DNA of 63,600 bases, filler included, from Lama guanicoe (GCA_013239625.1; 135 parts of 135 records of this genome joined end to end with filler, not necessarily neighbours in it), one strand, 5' to 3'; shown: positions 1 through 12,886, numbered from the whole stretch's first letter. Translations and numbers: made by a program. Notes: generated from the sequence alone by a model not told the origin.

Positions 1-789
1 AAAGCCAAATCCTGTTGACAGCTCTCGAGATCCTTATCTGGCGATGTCACGACAGGGAAAATATTTATAAATGCCATTAACCCACAGGGAGATCTGGCTC
101 TTGAGGCTGGTGGCAGTAGGGAGCAGGGATTTGCCCGCTGTCTTAACTAACTGATCCACACTCCTGCGCTTCCTGTTCCTAGACTGCTTCTTGTTTGTTT
201 CCCCTTCTTTCTTCATAGTAAAGTGAAACTGATGCCACAAAAGGTGCATAGTTGGTTTGGGGGGCATTCATCTTTTATTTTGAGCTTGGGGTTTTTCCTC
301 TCGGTGCAATCCCGTGTGGTCGCTGAGAACAGCGACTCGGTCCTGTGTCCGGGCGTTCTGTTACTTACTTNNNNNNNNNNNNNNNNNNNNNNNNNNNNNN
401 NNNNNNNNNNNNNNTTAATTAATTAANNNNNNNNNNNNNNNNNNNNNNNNNNNNNNNNNNNNNNNNNNNNAGCTCAGCCCGCTCCCGGCAGCGGGTACCA
501 GGGGAGCATCCCCTAGTGCATCTGGCGGGGGGAGGGGGAACGTAACCACCTGGAAAGTCACCCGAGCGAGCGCTCTGTGCTTAGCAAGAACGCCTTCAGG
601 AGAATCCAGCTGAGGCCTTTCTAACCTGCTGGGCTCTTATCAGAACCTCAGTGACCCGGGGTGGGGGAGCTACCCAGCGTCACTCACCTGAGCCTCCCAC
701 CTAGGACAAGGTGTTAGGTAGTTTAGATAGAAATGAGCCCTGGGCAGGGGGAAAGGAAGGGGAAAGGAACAATCCAGCACACAAGGCAC

Positions 790-837
790 CTGAGCTGTCA
801 ATCAACCAGAGCGCAGGGAAACTGAGTTGTCAATCAA
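790..837. promoter_or_regulatory. Two PBX-MEIS/PREP-type TGATTGACA(G) motifs within a 16-bp direct repeat
   Basis: CTGAGCTGTCAATCAA (790-805) and CTGAGTTGTCAATCAA (822-837); the reverse complement of CTGTCAATCA is the TGATTGACAG decamer. Confidence 0.35.
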
Positions 838-941
838 ACAANNNNNNNNNNNNNNNNNNNNNNNNNNNNNNNNNNNNNNNNNNNNTTAATTAATTAANNN
901 NNNNNNNNNNNNNNNNNNNNNNNNNNNNNNNNNNNNNNNNN

Positions 942-1312
942 CCTACTGTGGTAACTATTTCATATTGTACATAAGTTGAATCATTAACTTATACACCTTA
1001 AACTTACACAGTGCTACATGTCATATCTCAATAAAACAGGACCACTTAAAAAAAATGCACCTAAACAATTTGAGTACACACAGCATGATTTCTTTTATAT
1101 ACAGTTAATCCAAAAAAAGCAAAACTAATACATTTTAGCAGAAATAAGAACAGAAGTTGTCACAGCAACAGGGAAGGGGAATTAACTGAAGGAAGTACAA
1201 ATAAACTTTCTGGGATGATGGATATTTTTGATATCTTTATTTGGGTTTGGGTTACATAGATAAATAAAAATATCAAAATTAATTTACCTGTGTTCTTACA
1301 ATTTTGCATTGT
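942..1312 (+). mobile_element. Old L1M 3'-end fragments
   Basis: 'cttatacaccttaaacttacacagtgctacatgtcatatctcaataaaac' and 'actttctgggatgatggatattttt' resemble L1MB/MC/ME 3' UTRs. Confidence 0.7.
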
Positions 1313-1541
1313 NNNNNNNNNNNNNNNNNNNNNNNNNNNNNNNNNNNNNNNNNNNNTTAATTAATTAANNNNNNNNNNNNNNNNNNNNNNNNNNNNNNNN
1401 NNNNNNNNNNNNACTTAACATGGCAAAGTGCTAAGGATGGGACTCTCCAATCTCATTATTTCGTTATAACATGGAGAGTTATTACTTTATTCAATAATAT
1501 CCAGCCCACTGAAGTTTGTTATTTTAATGAAGATTTATCAC

Positions 1542-1573
1542 TAGATAGATAGATAGCTAGATAGATAGAGATA
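1542..1573. repeat. Imperfect (TAGA)n microsatellite
   Basis: tagatagatagatagctagatagatagagata. Confidence 0.85.
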
Positions 1574-2354
1574 CTTCCAAGTCAAGTCTCAATGACAGTT
1601 TTTAACGTTTATTTAGAATTGTACCCCATGTCTAGTTGGATATTGACACAAGTTGAAGTTTAGCTTAATGTCTTACAGAACGTTGACTGTGGATCAACAA
1701 GAGTTCATAACTTCTTCAGATTAGTCTTTAGGGTTAAGCACAGAAACTGAGATTAAGAATTTCCATGCTTGTGTTTGTGTCACNNNNNNNNNNNNNNNNN
1801 NNNNNNNNNNNNNNNNNNNNNNNNNNNTTAATTAATTAANNNNNNNNNNNNNNNNNNNNNNNNNNNNNNNNNNNNNNNNNNNNGGCCGAGCTCCCTCCGT
1901 GGAGGACACAGGGCGCAGCGCTCGGGGCGCCCAGAGCTCCGGAGAGAGAGCTTGGGCAGGAGGCCGGCCTCTCCTCGCCCCTGAGATCCCGTCGGCTCTG
2001 AAAGTCTCGGCACTCTCTTGCAGACGTCCACACGCAACTGAATGACTAACAAAAACTTCCTCCCCAGGGTTGCTGAGTAAGTCCTAGGTCCCCAGGGTCA
2101 GCCAGGTCTCGCCCAGGCCTGCTCCGTGGAGCTGGAACCCCCAGGGCGCCCGCGACAGTGATGACCTCCCAGTGACACGTCTCCCCAAGTGCAGCGGCGA
2201 TCACAGCCGCAGTAACGCCTCCATTATTTTTGTCCCACAACACTAAAAAAAAAGNNNNNNNNNNNNNNNNNNNNNNNNNNNNNNNNNNNNNNNNNNNNTT
2301 AATTAATTAANNNNNNNNNNNNNNNNNNNNNNNNNNNNNNNNNNNNNNNNNNNN

Positions 2355-2724
2355 TGTAGTTTGTAAAAAGGTTCATTTTTGTCATTTTTTGATATCACAT
2401 ATATGTGATATCATATGACATTTGTCTTTCTCTGTCAGATGTAATTCACTTAATATAATAATCTCTATGTCCATTCATGTTGCTTAAAATGGTATAATAT
2501 TGTTTTAATGGCTGAGTAATATTTCATTGTATACATATATCACATCTTCTTTATCCAGTCATCTGCTCATGGACATTTATCTTGCTTCCATATCTTGGTT
2601 ATTGTAAACACTGCTGCTAAGAACACTGGGATGCATGTATCAATTCATGTTATGGTTTTACCTAGATATATGCCCAAGGGTAGAATTACTCAATCATATG
2701 GTAACTCTGTTTTTAGTTTTTGGG
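2355..2724 (-). mobile_element. L1 ORF2 end / 3' UTR (cetartiodactyl type)
   Basis: Antisense L1 motifs: 'cacttaatataataatctctatgtccattcatgttgc', 'ttcttcttatccagtcatctg..tggacattta', 'cctagatatatgcccaagggtagaatt'. Confidence 0.9.
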
Positions 2725-3766
2725 NNNNNNNNNNNNNNNNNNNNNNNNNNNNNNNNNNNNNNNNNNNNTTAATTAATTAANNNNNNNNNNNNNNNNNNNN
2801 NNNNNNNNNNNNNNNNNNNNNNNNGTGCTACAAAGATGCTTTTAAAAAGGCATGTGAAAGTAACTGTTGGGAATGGAAAATGGAAGATTCTTCAGGCTCT
2901 GCCTTGGAGCAAGAGGGACTCAGAGAGAAGGCGTTAATCATTTAATTGATATTCTTTCCTCACACATACATGACACCTAGGAAAAAACAACTCAATAGCT
3001 ATCAAATAAATACATGTCCTATTTAATAAAAGAACTACAATTCTGTAGTCTTGACTGGTGGTTATCTAATTTTTATTTTTCAAATACCTAGACTAATGTG
3101 TAAAATAGTGAAAGCGAGAATATGCTGGGGGGGATTGGAGTCGGAGCACGGGACTCATTCCCCCTCCCTTCCTCTTGGTTGCCTTCCCTGGAAATNNNNN
3201 NNNNNNNNNNNNNNNNNNNNNNNNNNNNNNNNNNNNNNNTTAATTAATTAANNNNNNNNNNNNNNNNNNNNNNNNNNNNNNNNNNNNNNNNNNNNTTTTT
3301 ATATGACATTTGGCCACAGTCAAAATGATTTATTTTCTTTATTCATGTTAAGCATAATGGAAGTTAAATTTTAGTCAACTTGTAGATTCATTTGACTTTT
3401 AAATTTGATTTTTAATATATTTTGTAAAAATTTTTAAATAACTAATACCGTAACAAGTTACATTTCAAATAGACAAGATAAATAAGTATTAATGACTTAA
3501 GCTGGTGATGCTGTATATACAGTACAGGGATGAGGTGAGTATCACTGTTAGTTTTTCACCTCATGAAAATTTCTGGCGTATTAATTTCTGTGGTCTGGTG
3601 CAGATACTTATTACACCATCATTGGGTTCCCCTCTGATTCATCTGGGTTTCCAGGGATCTAAAAGANNNNNNNNNNNNNNNNNNNNNNNNNNNNNNNNNN
3701 NNNNNNNNNNTTAATTAATTAANNNNNNNNNNNNNNNNNNNNNNNNNNNNNNNNNNNNNNNNNNNN

Positions 3767-3870
3767 AGGAAGGCCTGTATCACTATAAACTTCCCTCTTA
3801 GCACTGCCTTTGTTGCATCTCATAAATTTTGTGTGGTTTTGTTTTCATTTTCAACTTTGATTTCATCATT
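3767..3870 (-). mobile_element. L1 ORF2 fragment
   Basis: 'ctataaacttccctcttagcactgcctttgttgcatctcataaatttt'. Confidence 0.75.
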
Positions 3871-3934
3871 GATGAATCTCCATGCTTTCATTTTTTTCTT
3901 CTTTGTTTTTCTGTAGTTCCCCAGTTGATTTTAA

Positions 3935-4065
3935 CAGCAATCCTGAGAGGTATAATTATCTTCGATTTATAGATAAGTAAAGTGAGATTTTGAGAGGCTT
4001 AGAAACTTGTCCATCATTTCATAGAAAGCTAAGCTATCAGCAGAGCAAGGTGAGGAACCCAGGAC
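3935..4065 (-). mobile_element. MIR SINE
   Basis: 'caatcctgagaggtataattatc..atttatagataagtaaagtgag..gagaggcttagaaacttgtcca'. Confidence 0.65.
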
Positions 4066-5194
4066 ACTTCCTTCCTAATCAATTTTCATTTCCATTATTG
4101 TCAGGCTGCCCCTAAATGTCTAAATTCAAAAAAAAAANNNNNNNNNNNNNNNNNNNNNNNNNNNNNNNNNNNNNNNNNNNNTTAATTAATTAANNNNNNN
4201 NNNNNNNNNNNNNNNNNNNNNNNNNNNNNNNNNNNNNTTTGTGTTAGATGTTGGCACAGGTATCAGATACACTGGGGAATGTTTCTGGCTTGACTCATAG
4301 TTCTATAAGCAGTAGACAATAGTTTTCAGGAAAAAATGTAAACTTTCTGTGAAAAAGAGCATGATTTTTCTTAATTCAGACTTTCGTTGAGTGTGCACCT
4401 AATGCATCATCAAGTGTGCTCACTAAACTTATCCTGAAACTCAGACCTAAGTCTCTGTGATCATTCTGCAAAACTTGTTCCCATACCCTGTCTGTATTCT
4501 CTTAAGTAGTCATGTCATTTTATAGATTATTGCTCTACCTTAAATTAAATCGTTACTTCTAATCCATTCTATTCAACACTTTGCAATGATTTCAGCTATA
4601 GATTCAAANNNNNNNNNNNNNNNNNNNNNNNNNNNNNNNNNNNNNNNNNNNNTTAATTAATTAANNNNNNNNNNNNNNNNNNNNNNNNNNNNNNNNNNNN
4701 NNNNNNNNCAAGAATACCTAACAATCTCCCAAATACTTGAATTTGTCATTGAGAAGTCTGTCAATGACATCACGCGTGAAATGTCATGATTCATTCCATA
4801 CCTGATTGAACATAAAAATAAGTACACAGAATGTGGGTATTCCTATTGATGTCAGTGCATTACTAGTCATCTCTACTTAGGATCTGCTGTCCTCATTTCC
4901 TGACCTGTCGTATGGAAGGCATTTAACTGGATGTCTTTTCATCTCCTTACAATTCTCACGTGCTATAACTTTGAAGTTCAACTCACGAATAAGCTATTTA
5001 CTTCACCCTAACAGGTTCTTTGGAGATACCATGGCAAGAAACCAGATACCTTAGGACCCAATACTCGGCTGTACAAGTGNNNNNNNNNNNNNNNNNNNNN
5101 NNNNNNNNNNNNNNNNNNNNNNNTTAATTAATTAANNNNNNNNNNNNNNNNNNNNNNNNNNNNNNNNNNNNNNNNNNNNTAAAACTAACTTTAA

Positions 5195-5550
5195 AAATGC
5201 TGCAAATTCTTTGATGCTTCTTCTCATCCAGAGGTGGTGTCTGTGTTTGGACCTCCTGAATGCAGGCTCTGGGACTATTCTGACCCACAGAATAAGGTCC
5301 AGGCCTTAATAAACTAGAAGCTTCCACACTTTCTCTCTAGAGCCATCCTTTCTGGGAGCCCTGGGGGCCCATGTAAGGAGTCCAGCGACCCTGAGGCCAC
5401 CATGCTGGAGAGGCTGTGTGCTGGTGCCCTGATGGACAGTCCCAGGGTGTCCGGCCTTAGGGCCTTCCCAGCTAAGGCACCAACGCGGGAGTGAATCCAC
5501 CTTCCCTCCCCTGACCCCCAGCCACCAGCCAGCCCACCTGCCAACTGACC
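5195..5550 (+). mobile_element. MaLR LTR (MLT1F/G/H-like)
   Basis: 'caaattctttgatgct..catccagaggtgg' and 'catgtaaggagtccagcgaccctgaggccaccatgctggagagg'. Confidence 0.7.
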
Positions 5551-6592
5551 NNNNNNNNNNNNNNNNNNNNNNNNNNNNNNNNNNNNNNNNNNNNTTAATT
5601 AATTAANNNNNNNNNNNNNNNNNNNNNNNNNNNNNNNNNNNNNNNNNNNNACACAGAGAGTCATGCACGTAGTAAGTCATTTAACAGATTCATAGAAGCT
5701 TATTTCTGATACTTCTTCAAACTTCGGTATAAACCATTTTCTTACAGGCAAGAGATGAATGCTCCTTTCGCCCTGCACATAAGGTCCTGATTCCGTGTTA
5801 GAGACAGACAGCTGTTAACAGCGCTATGAAGGAAATGGTAGGCTCTGTGCTCTTCCAGTGAGCGGAGCTTATAACCAGTGAGTGATGTACACGCTCAACT
5901 GAACAGAGGACCTCGAGCAGCAGAGCTCTTCCTGCTACAGAGAAACCTCTTTGCTGTGCTCAGCCAGCCCCCAAGTGAGAAACTTCCCCATGTATGTGTA
6001 AAAGCTCGTTCCCATATTAGANNNNNNNNNNNNNNNNNNNNNNNNNNNNNNNNNNNNNNNNNNNNTTAATTAATTAANNNNNNNNNNNNNNNNNNNNNNN
6101 NNNNNNNNNNNNNNNNNNNNNAATGGATGAAGGCAGGGAAGCAAGCCACAAACAACCTGGCCTTAACTCTGAGTCCTGAAGGAGCATCCTTTGGAGATGC
6201 TGCTGGGCCCTGCCCACCTGGACCACCACGGTCTTCTCTGGAAAAGTTAGAGGGAGGCAGCCGTGAACTTTCAATATGAAGTCTCCTCCAGGGGGTCAGA
6301 GGTGGTGATTATTTGGCAGTTCCCAGCACCTCCAGGAGGCTGTCACTGCCTCTGACTCAGTGACAGGCAGAAACTCCCCCACTGCACATGAAGCCAAATT
6401 CGCACTGCACTTAGCACTTCCAGATAAACCTGGCCCTTGTTCCATACCCCCAAGGCCTCCTGTATATCACCCTAGATTTTCCCCAGGAACATNNNNNNNN
6501 NNNNNNNNNNNNNNNNNNNNNNNNNNNNNNNNNNNNTTAATTAATTAANNNNNNNNNNNNNNNNNNNNNNNNNNNNNNNNNNNNNNNNNNNN

Positions 6593-6832
6593 TACAATCA
6601 ATCTAGGAGCAGTGGTTGTTGACAAACAAGAATCAGCAAAGAATAAACAGAGAAGGAGGAAGTACGTGGGGCTCCCAAGTGTCTGGCTATGTCTTATGGT
6701 CATCACAATTAGGAAGCTCACCAACAGAGTTGTGAGGTATACAAGCAAGATCACGAATACTACTTTCTCCCTTAATATATCTCGTGTTAACTCATATAGA
6801 ATGAACTCATTCACACGGCTGTTCATCTCCAT
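6593..6832 (-). pseudogene. Olfactory receptor family 4C (OR4C11-like), N-terminus through TM2; probably a degenerate copy, truncated by the contig end
   Basis: MEMNSRVNEFILYELTRDILREKVVFVILLVYLTTLLVSFLIVMTIRHSQTLGSPTYFLLLCLFFADSCLSTTTAPRLIV matches the OR4C11 pattern EFILLGLTQDPLRQKIVF..TLGSPMYFFL..LSFADSCFSTSTAPRLIV. GN is replaced by VS and PMY by PTY. No stop in the fragment. A splice acceptor (ttttctttgcag) lies upstream near 6890-6877. Confidence 0.8.
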
Positions 6833-9204
6833 GGTTACACTGAATATAAGGCAGACATGGCTGAGAAATGATTCATCTGCAAAGAAAACTGGGGATATGG
6901 TGACTTGCAACAACAGTGTATTTGGACTCTGAATTACAACTTTCATATTTCTAATTCCATCAANNNNNNNNNNNNNNNNNNNNNNNNNNNNNNNNNNNNN
7001 NNNNNNNTTAATTAATTAANNNNNNNNNNNNNNNNNNNNNNNNNNNNNNNNNNNNNNNNNNNNAATTTTATACCATCTCATAGCTTGCTGTGGTTAAAAA
7101 TGCTTTGTGTTTCAAAGTATCAAAACGTGAGCAGATCTCCTGCCACGTAGATTAGATTTGGGATTTTGCCTGTTTTCCCAGCACTGGAGTCTCTGTTTTG
7201 TGCTGATATGAGGCCACAGGAGACTGGTGGCTTCAATTGTATTTTAAAGTTTTGTTTCTGTTTTTCAATAGACATGTTTAATTTGTAGTTTTTGCAGTTC
7301 TTTACAACCTTAATTAGATCAAAATGGATTTGCTTTAGTTTATCAATTTATTCCTGCCTCCATTTAAAAGAGCAAGTTTCATGAGTCTTCTAATTTATGT
7401 GATTTACAAATCACTTTACATGCAGAGGTCCTAANNNNNNNNNNNNNNNNNNNNNNNNNNNNNNNNNNNNNNNNNNNNTTAATTAATTAANNNNNNNNNN
7501 NNNNNNNNNNNNNNNNNNNNNNNNNNNNNNNNNNTTTGTTTCTTTCCTTCCCACTGGAAACATACTGACATATGAATTCTCATAATAGTATAAATATTAT
7601 TACTATTAATACTATTGTTGTTATTATTAACAGATTCTGAATTTTACTACAAAGGAAACAGTTTAAAAATTCTTTTAGTTTTCAATGTTAGATTAGAATC
7701 AGTATTTTCCTTTCTCTATTATGTTAACTTGATTTTCCATATAATCTAGGAAGCATCCTATTAAAAAAAAGACTTAATGTCATTTGCTAAAGGGTGTATG
7801 TAATACACAATATAAACATGTTTCCTTACATGTATATCAGATGCACCTACATTTATGCCAATCATAAGAACTATACACAACAAGAATATCTTTTTTTAAA
7901 AAAAANNNNNNNNNNNNNNNNNNNNNNNNNNNNNNNNNNNNNNNNNNNNTTAATTAATTAANNNNNNNNNNNNNNNNNNNNNNNNNNNNNNNNNNNNNNN
8001 NNNNNATAGATGTAACAGACATGTAAGAGCGACAAGAAAATTCCCGAAACCCATGAAGCTGTTCAAATGTGAAAACAGAAAAGTTCCAACAATGAAACAT
8101 TCGCTGTGGTGAGCCCTCGCCATCTAAGATAGAAGAGTCTAGAAGAAGGCCTTAGGGGTTGCATAAGTTTGACTTCCTCTTGCTCAGAGAGTTCTTAAAA
8201 TGCAGCCACGGTTGCAGCATTTCAGATATGAGCCACCTAATTTCGATTTCAGTGCCACTCCTTATCCTCCAAGATCTGTACCTTCCAGGTCTGTGATCCG
8301 GTCCAGGACTGCATCAGTTTGTCATCGACTATGATCCCAGCTCTTTATCCTATGAAATGCTATTGTCTCAGATTCCNNNNNNNNNNNNNNNNNNNNNNNN
8401 NNNNNNNNNNNNNNNNNNNNTTAATTAATTAANNNNNNNNNNNNNNNNNNNNNNNNNNNNNNNNNNNNNNNNNNNNGAGGTGGGCATTGAGGAAATGGAA
8501 AGCCACTGCACCCACATTGGTTGGAGTCAGGGTGAGGAAGCAGGTGGGACTGAATGGAACTGGTCCCTGGAACCAGCAGACCCTTCCGTGGCAGGGGTAG
8601 GGAGAAGGTCTTCTTTTACACAAGGTATGTCTCCCAAACGTGGTACCTAGGTGTGCATTTTACATTTACATTCCTTTTATAGACATTTTCTGTTGCTGTT
8701 AATGAAGTCAGTAAGTCTTATGGTATAGTATTTTCTTTCTAGATATGATACAACCCCTGTTTTACAGAAGAATTTGCGTATTAGGCACTCCCAGATTTAT
8801 TTGCATGGTTCGCATAGTGTATGAATTAGAATCAGTTACTAGAATTTNNNNNNNNNNNNNNNNNNNNNNNNNNNNNNNNNNNNNNNNNNNNTTAATTAAT
8901 TAANNNNNNNNNNNNNNNNNNNNNNNNNNNNNNNNNNNNNNNNNNNNTCCCTTGCTGGTGGCCCCAGAGTCCAGACTGGTACTTCCAGTCCAAGGTGATA
9001 TTCCATGCTGCCCTACACCAGGCCACCTATGCCCCGATGTGCATCTTTGTCTGGGTCTGACATTGCCACATTGCATGTCCCCTGTGTGGCCCTAGTCAGG
9101 GCTCAACAAACGTCCCTGCTGATTTGACTAGTATATAAGCAAGTTAAAAAATGTGATCATTTATTAGGCTTCTGCTTTGTACATAAATTATTTCATTTTC
9201 CCAT

Positions 9205-9300
9205 ACAACTTCTATTACTCTCATTTTCCAGTGAAGGATCAGACTCAGGAAGATGAATGACTTGCCTGAAGTCGCCAAGGTAGAGGGACGGAGTAAAGAA
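9205..9300 (-). mobile_element. MIR SINE
   Basis: 'tattactctcattttccagtgaagg..agactcaggaagatgaatgacttgcctgaagtc'. Confidence 0.6.
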
Positions 9301-9439
9301 CCAGCTGCCAATCTGTCANNNNNNNNNNNNNNNNNNNNNNNNNNNNNNNNNNNNNNNNNNNNTTAATTAATTAANNNNNNNNNNNNNNNNNNNNNNNNNN
9401 NNNNNNNNNNNNNNNNNNCTACAGATTTAATGCAATCCC

Positions 9440-9789
9440 CATCTTCACTTCTGACACCAGTTGCTACTTCAGAAGGTTCCCAAAACCACTCTCAGGTTTG
9501 AAAATTCCCTAGAAGGGCTCATAGCTGTCACTGCACATGGTTTTTGCTCATGGCTGTGTTTTGTCACAGGAGAAGAGTAAAGATTAAAACAAGCTCAGGG
9601 CACAGTCCAAGAGGGCACCAAGCACAGAGCTTTCAGCCATCCCTGGGTGACAATATGCAGAGTACTGCCAACTAGAGACGCTCGCTTGAGCCCTGTTGTC
9701 AAGGGTACCCTGGTGGCCCACCACAGGCATGAGAGTTGCCCCCATGCCTCCCCTCCGTCTCCAGCCCCTCTAGAGTTCCACTTCTACCA
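9440..9789. mobile_element. MER21-like ERVL LTR
   Basis: 'cacttctgacaccagttgc..ggttcccaaaaccactctcaggtttgaaaattccctagaagggctcatag'. Confidence 0.65.
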
Positions 9790-9889
9790 NNNNNNNNNNN
9801 NNNNNNNNNNNNNNNNNNNNNNNNNNNNNNNNNTTAATTAATTAANNNNNNNNNNNNNNNNNNNNNNNNNNNNNNNNNNNNNNNNNNNN

Positions 9890-10260
9890 ACAGATTTCCA
9901 TCTCCCTCCTGCTTCCACACATGCATAGCCTCCCTCATTATCAACATCCCCTGTCGGGGTGGGACATCTGTTACCACTGATACATCTCGATTGACACGTC
10001 ATAATCCCCCAACGTCATTGGTTTGCCCTAGGGCTCACTCTTGGTGTTGTACACTCTAGAGATTTGGACAAATCTATAATGACATCATTACGGTACCAGG
10101 CAGAGTATTTTCACTGCCTTAAAAATCGTCTCTGTTCCACCTCTTCATTGCTCCCCTCCCATCCAGTTCCTACTCTTTTTACTGTCTCCATAGGCTTGTC
10201 TTTTCCAGAAAGTCATATAGTTGGAATCATACAGTATGTAGCCTTTTCAGATTGGCTTCT
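9890..10260 (-). mobile_element. L1MC-type 3' end
   Basis: 'cctcattatcaacatcccc', 'cactcttggtgttgtacactc', 'gttggaatcatacagtatgtagccttttcagattggcttct'. Confidence 0.85.
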
Positions 10261-11064
10261 NNNNNNNNNNNNNNNNNNNNNNNNNNNNNNNNNNNNNNNN
10301 NNNNTTAATTAATTAANNNNNNNNNNNNNNNNNNNNNNNNNNNNNNNNNNNNNNNNNNNNGACAAGCAAGACGGGGTAGGGGGTGGCGTCTGAAGGGGAA
10401 ATGCCAGCGCTGCTCGGAGAGCTGACAAAGCCCAAGAAAGTCAACCGTGGAAGCCAGACCTTCAATCAGAGTTCAGAGAGGGCGGGAGAGCGGCTGTGGA
10501 AGACCAGGACGGGGTGGAAGTACGGGAGAGAGAGGAGAGCTGAGTCCCACGAGTCCCTCACTCTGTTTCTCTTCCTCCCTAAGCCTCCAGCACTGACCGC
10601 GGAGCCCAGGTGACCAGTGACACTGCAGGCACGAGCTGAGGGAGGGAAGCAGGGAGACAGGGAAGCGTATCTGCACGTGGAATTTCGAAACTGTCACAGT
10701 AGTCACATCTTAATTGTGGCAAAGGAATCATNNNNNNNNNNNNNNNNNNNNNNNNNNNNNNNNNNNNNNNNNNNNTTAATTAATTAANNNNNNNNNNNNN
10801 NNNNNNNNNNNNNNNNNNNNNNNNNNNNNNNCAGTACTCCTTCCTTTCTGATGTCAGTGGGACCACCAGACCTGAGCCCATCAGGTCCCCCTGCTGCTGA
10901 CCGTGGCGTGCCGACTGCATCTGGGAACGTCCACTTGCCTTAACGTAATGTGTTTCTGAGGATCCAGCATCCAAACCAGAGTCCTGGGGAGCCCCGAGGG
11001 TCAACAGGGCGGCCACCAGCTGTTGAACAAAATTCAGAGGTGGGCCACTCATGGAGCCAGGGTA

Positions 11065-11202
11065 TGTAATAGGGAGGAACCTTAGTATTCTATTACAAGC
11101 TCATCACAAAAGGGATGTTGCCTATAAGCTTAAGTTATACATAACAGCCCATCTCTGGGAACCCTGCCTCCCAGGTAATGTGCATTAAGCTAAAATACCT
11201 TT
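11065..11202. mobile_element. Probable ERV LTR start
   Basis: Begins 'tgtaatagggaggaac', followed by 'gatgttgcctataagcttaagttatacataacagcccatctctgggaaccctgcctcc'; LTR-like, family not identified. Confidence 0.4.
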
Positions 11203-11302
11203 NNNNNNNNNNNNNNNNNNNNNNNNNNNNNNNNNNNNNNNNNNNNTTAATTAATTAANNNNNNNNNNNNNNNNNNNNNNNNNNNNNNNNNNNNNNNNNN
11301 NN

Positions 11303-11673
11303 TTAAATTGTCGAGCACTTAATTCCAAATACATTTTAACTACCCTGCATTTGTACTCTCCTTCTCTCCCAATTATTGTTTTTGATAAAATATTTGACAT
11401 CTAATTGTTTTGTTTATGCCTCAACTGCTTATTGTGGATGTAGATAATTTTACTATTTTTGCATTTAAACCTTCCTACTAGCTTTGTGTATGGATAATTT
11501 TATACTTTTATTATATGTTTGGTTTTACCAATGAGTTTTTTCCATAATTTTCTGATTTCTGGCTGTGGTCTTTTCTTTTTTTGCTTAGAAAAGTTTCTTT
11601 AACATTTCTTGTAAAGCTGGTTTGTGATGCTAAACTTTTAGTTTTTGATTGTGTGTAAAATTTTTAAGACAGC
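11303..11673 (-). mobile_element. Old L1 inter-ORF / 5' ORF2 region
   Basis: T-rich antisense L1: 'gtttctttaacatttcttgtaaagctggtttgtgatgctaaac'. Confidence 0.75.
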
Positions 11674-11924
11674 NNNNNNNNNNNNNNNNNNNNNNNNNNN
11701 NNNNNNNNNNNNNNNNNTTAATTAATTAANNNNNNNNNNNNNNNNNNNNNNNNNNNNNNNNNNNNNNNNNNNNGCTCCTGCGCTGCGTCCCGGGCATGAG
11801 GAACACACTTCGAGGTGCTCACACCCTAGGGGAGGTGCAGGGACGTCTGCACTGCACTGAGGATGCCGCCCAGGCTTCCTTGGCGGCTGGGAAGGGGGCA
11901 GGGCCCTTTCTCCTGGGGCCGCTT

Positions 11925-12144
11925 GAATGACCACAGTTGGGTGGCTTCACCCAACAGACATTTAGCCCCTCACACTTCTGAGGCCTGAAGTTCAAAGTTG
12001 AGGTGTGGGCAGGGCTGCCTCCCTCGCAGGGTCTAGGGGAGGATGCTTCCTGGCTGTTCCCGTGCCTGGTGGCTGCCCGCATCCCTGGCTTGTGGCCACA
12101 TCACACTGGCCTTGTAGGCCAGCATCTTCCCACCTCTCTCTGAT
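11925..12144 (-). mobile_element. MaLR LTR (MLT1B/C/D-like)
   Basis: 'aatgaccacagttgggtggcttca..aacagacattta..cctcacacttctgaggcctgaagttcaaagttgaggtgtgggcagggc'. Confidence 0.75.
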
Positions 12145-12713
12145 NNNNNNNNNNNNNNNNNNNNNNNNNNNNNNNNNNNNNNNNNNNNTTAATTAATTAA
12201 NNNNNNNNNNNNNNNNNNNNNNNNNNNNNNNNNNNNNNNNNNNNGAAATATACACAAAATGTTATGATAAATCACAGAGAAAAAAAAAAAGAAGAAGAAG
12301 GCAACTGTTTACTCCTTGGGGCCAAAATTCTGCCAGATACAATAAACAAAGCTTTGGGAAGGGAGAGAAAAGAGAGAGTGCATCTGAACGCTGCTGGCAG
12401 AGACTGGCCCACGTACCCTTTGGACAATACAACTTCCCTCAAGGCAAACTAGAGTCACAAGGCTTTCTTGTCTAAGGAGTTGTGAGTGCAAGCAAGGAAT
12501 ACCTTCAGCATGTCAGGAACAGGCCAACACCCCAGACATTTAGTTTGGTTCTTAAAGGTTGTTCATCAAAAGTTGACAGCTGATGGGGATTCTGCCTGGT
12601 GACCAGGGAAGTCNNNNNNNNNNNNNNNNNNNNNNNNNNNNNNNNNNNNNNNNNNNNTTAATTAATTAANNNNNNNNNNNNNNNNNNNNNNNNNNNNNNN
12701 NNNNNNNNNNNNN

Positions 12714-12886
12714 CAGACTTAATGGAGAAATCAAAAGCTTCACAGATAAACAAAAGCTAAAATATTTCAGCACCACCAAACTAGCTTTACAGCAAATGTT
12801 AGAGGACCTTCTCTAGTCATCAAACCATAAGAAAAGAGAACGAAAAAAAGAAAGAGAAAAAAAGAGAGAGAGAGAGACCTGCAAAA
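12714..12886 (+). mobile_element. L1 ORF1 C-terminus and A-rich inter-ORF spacer
   Basis: Translates RLNGEIKSFTDKQKLKYFSTTKLALQQMLEDLL*, the typical end of ORF1p. Confidence 0.9.

Noticed and set aside
34..267. 77-aa ORF with an RKRR furin-like or NLS motif
   Set aside because: No recognisable homology, a stop immediately upstream, and a length expected by chance.
6612..6932. 106-aa plus-strand ORF (also 52384-52578 and 57566-57922)
   Set aside because: These are antisense shadows of the real minus-strand olfactory receptor and gag frames.
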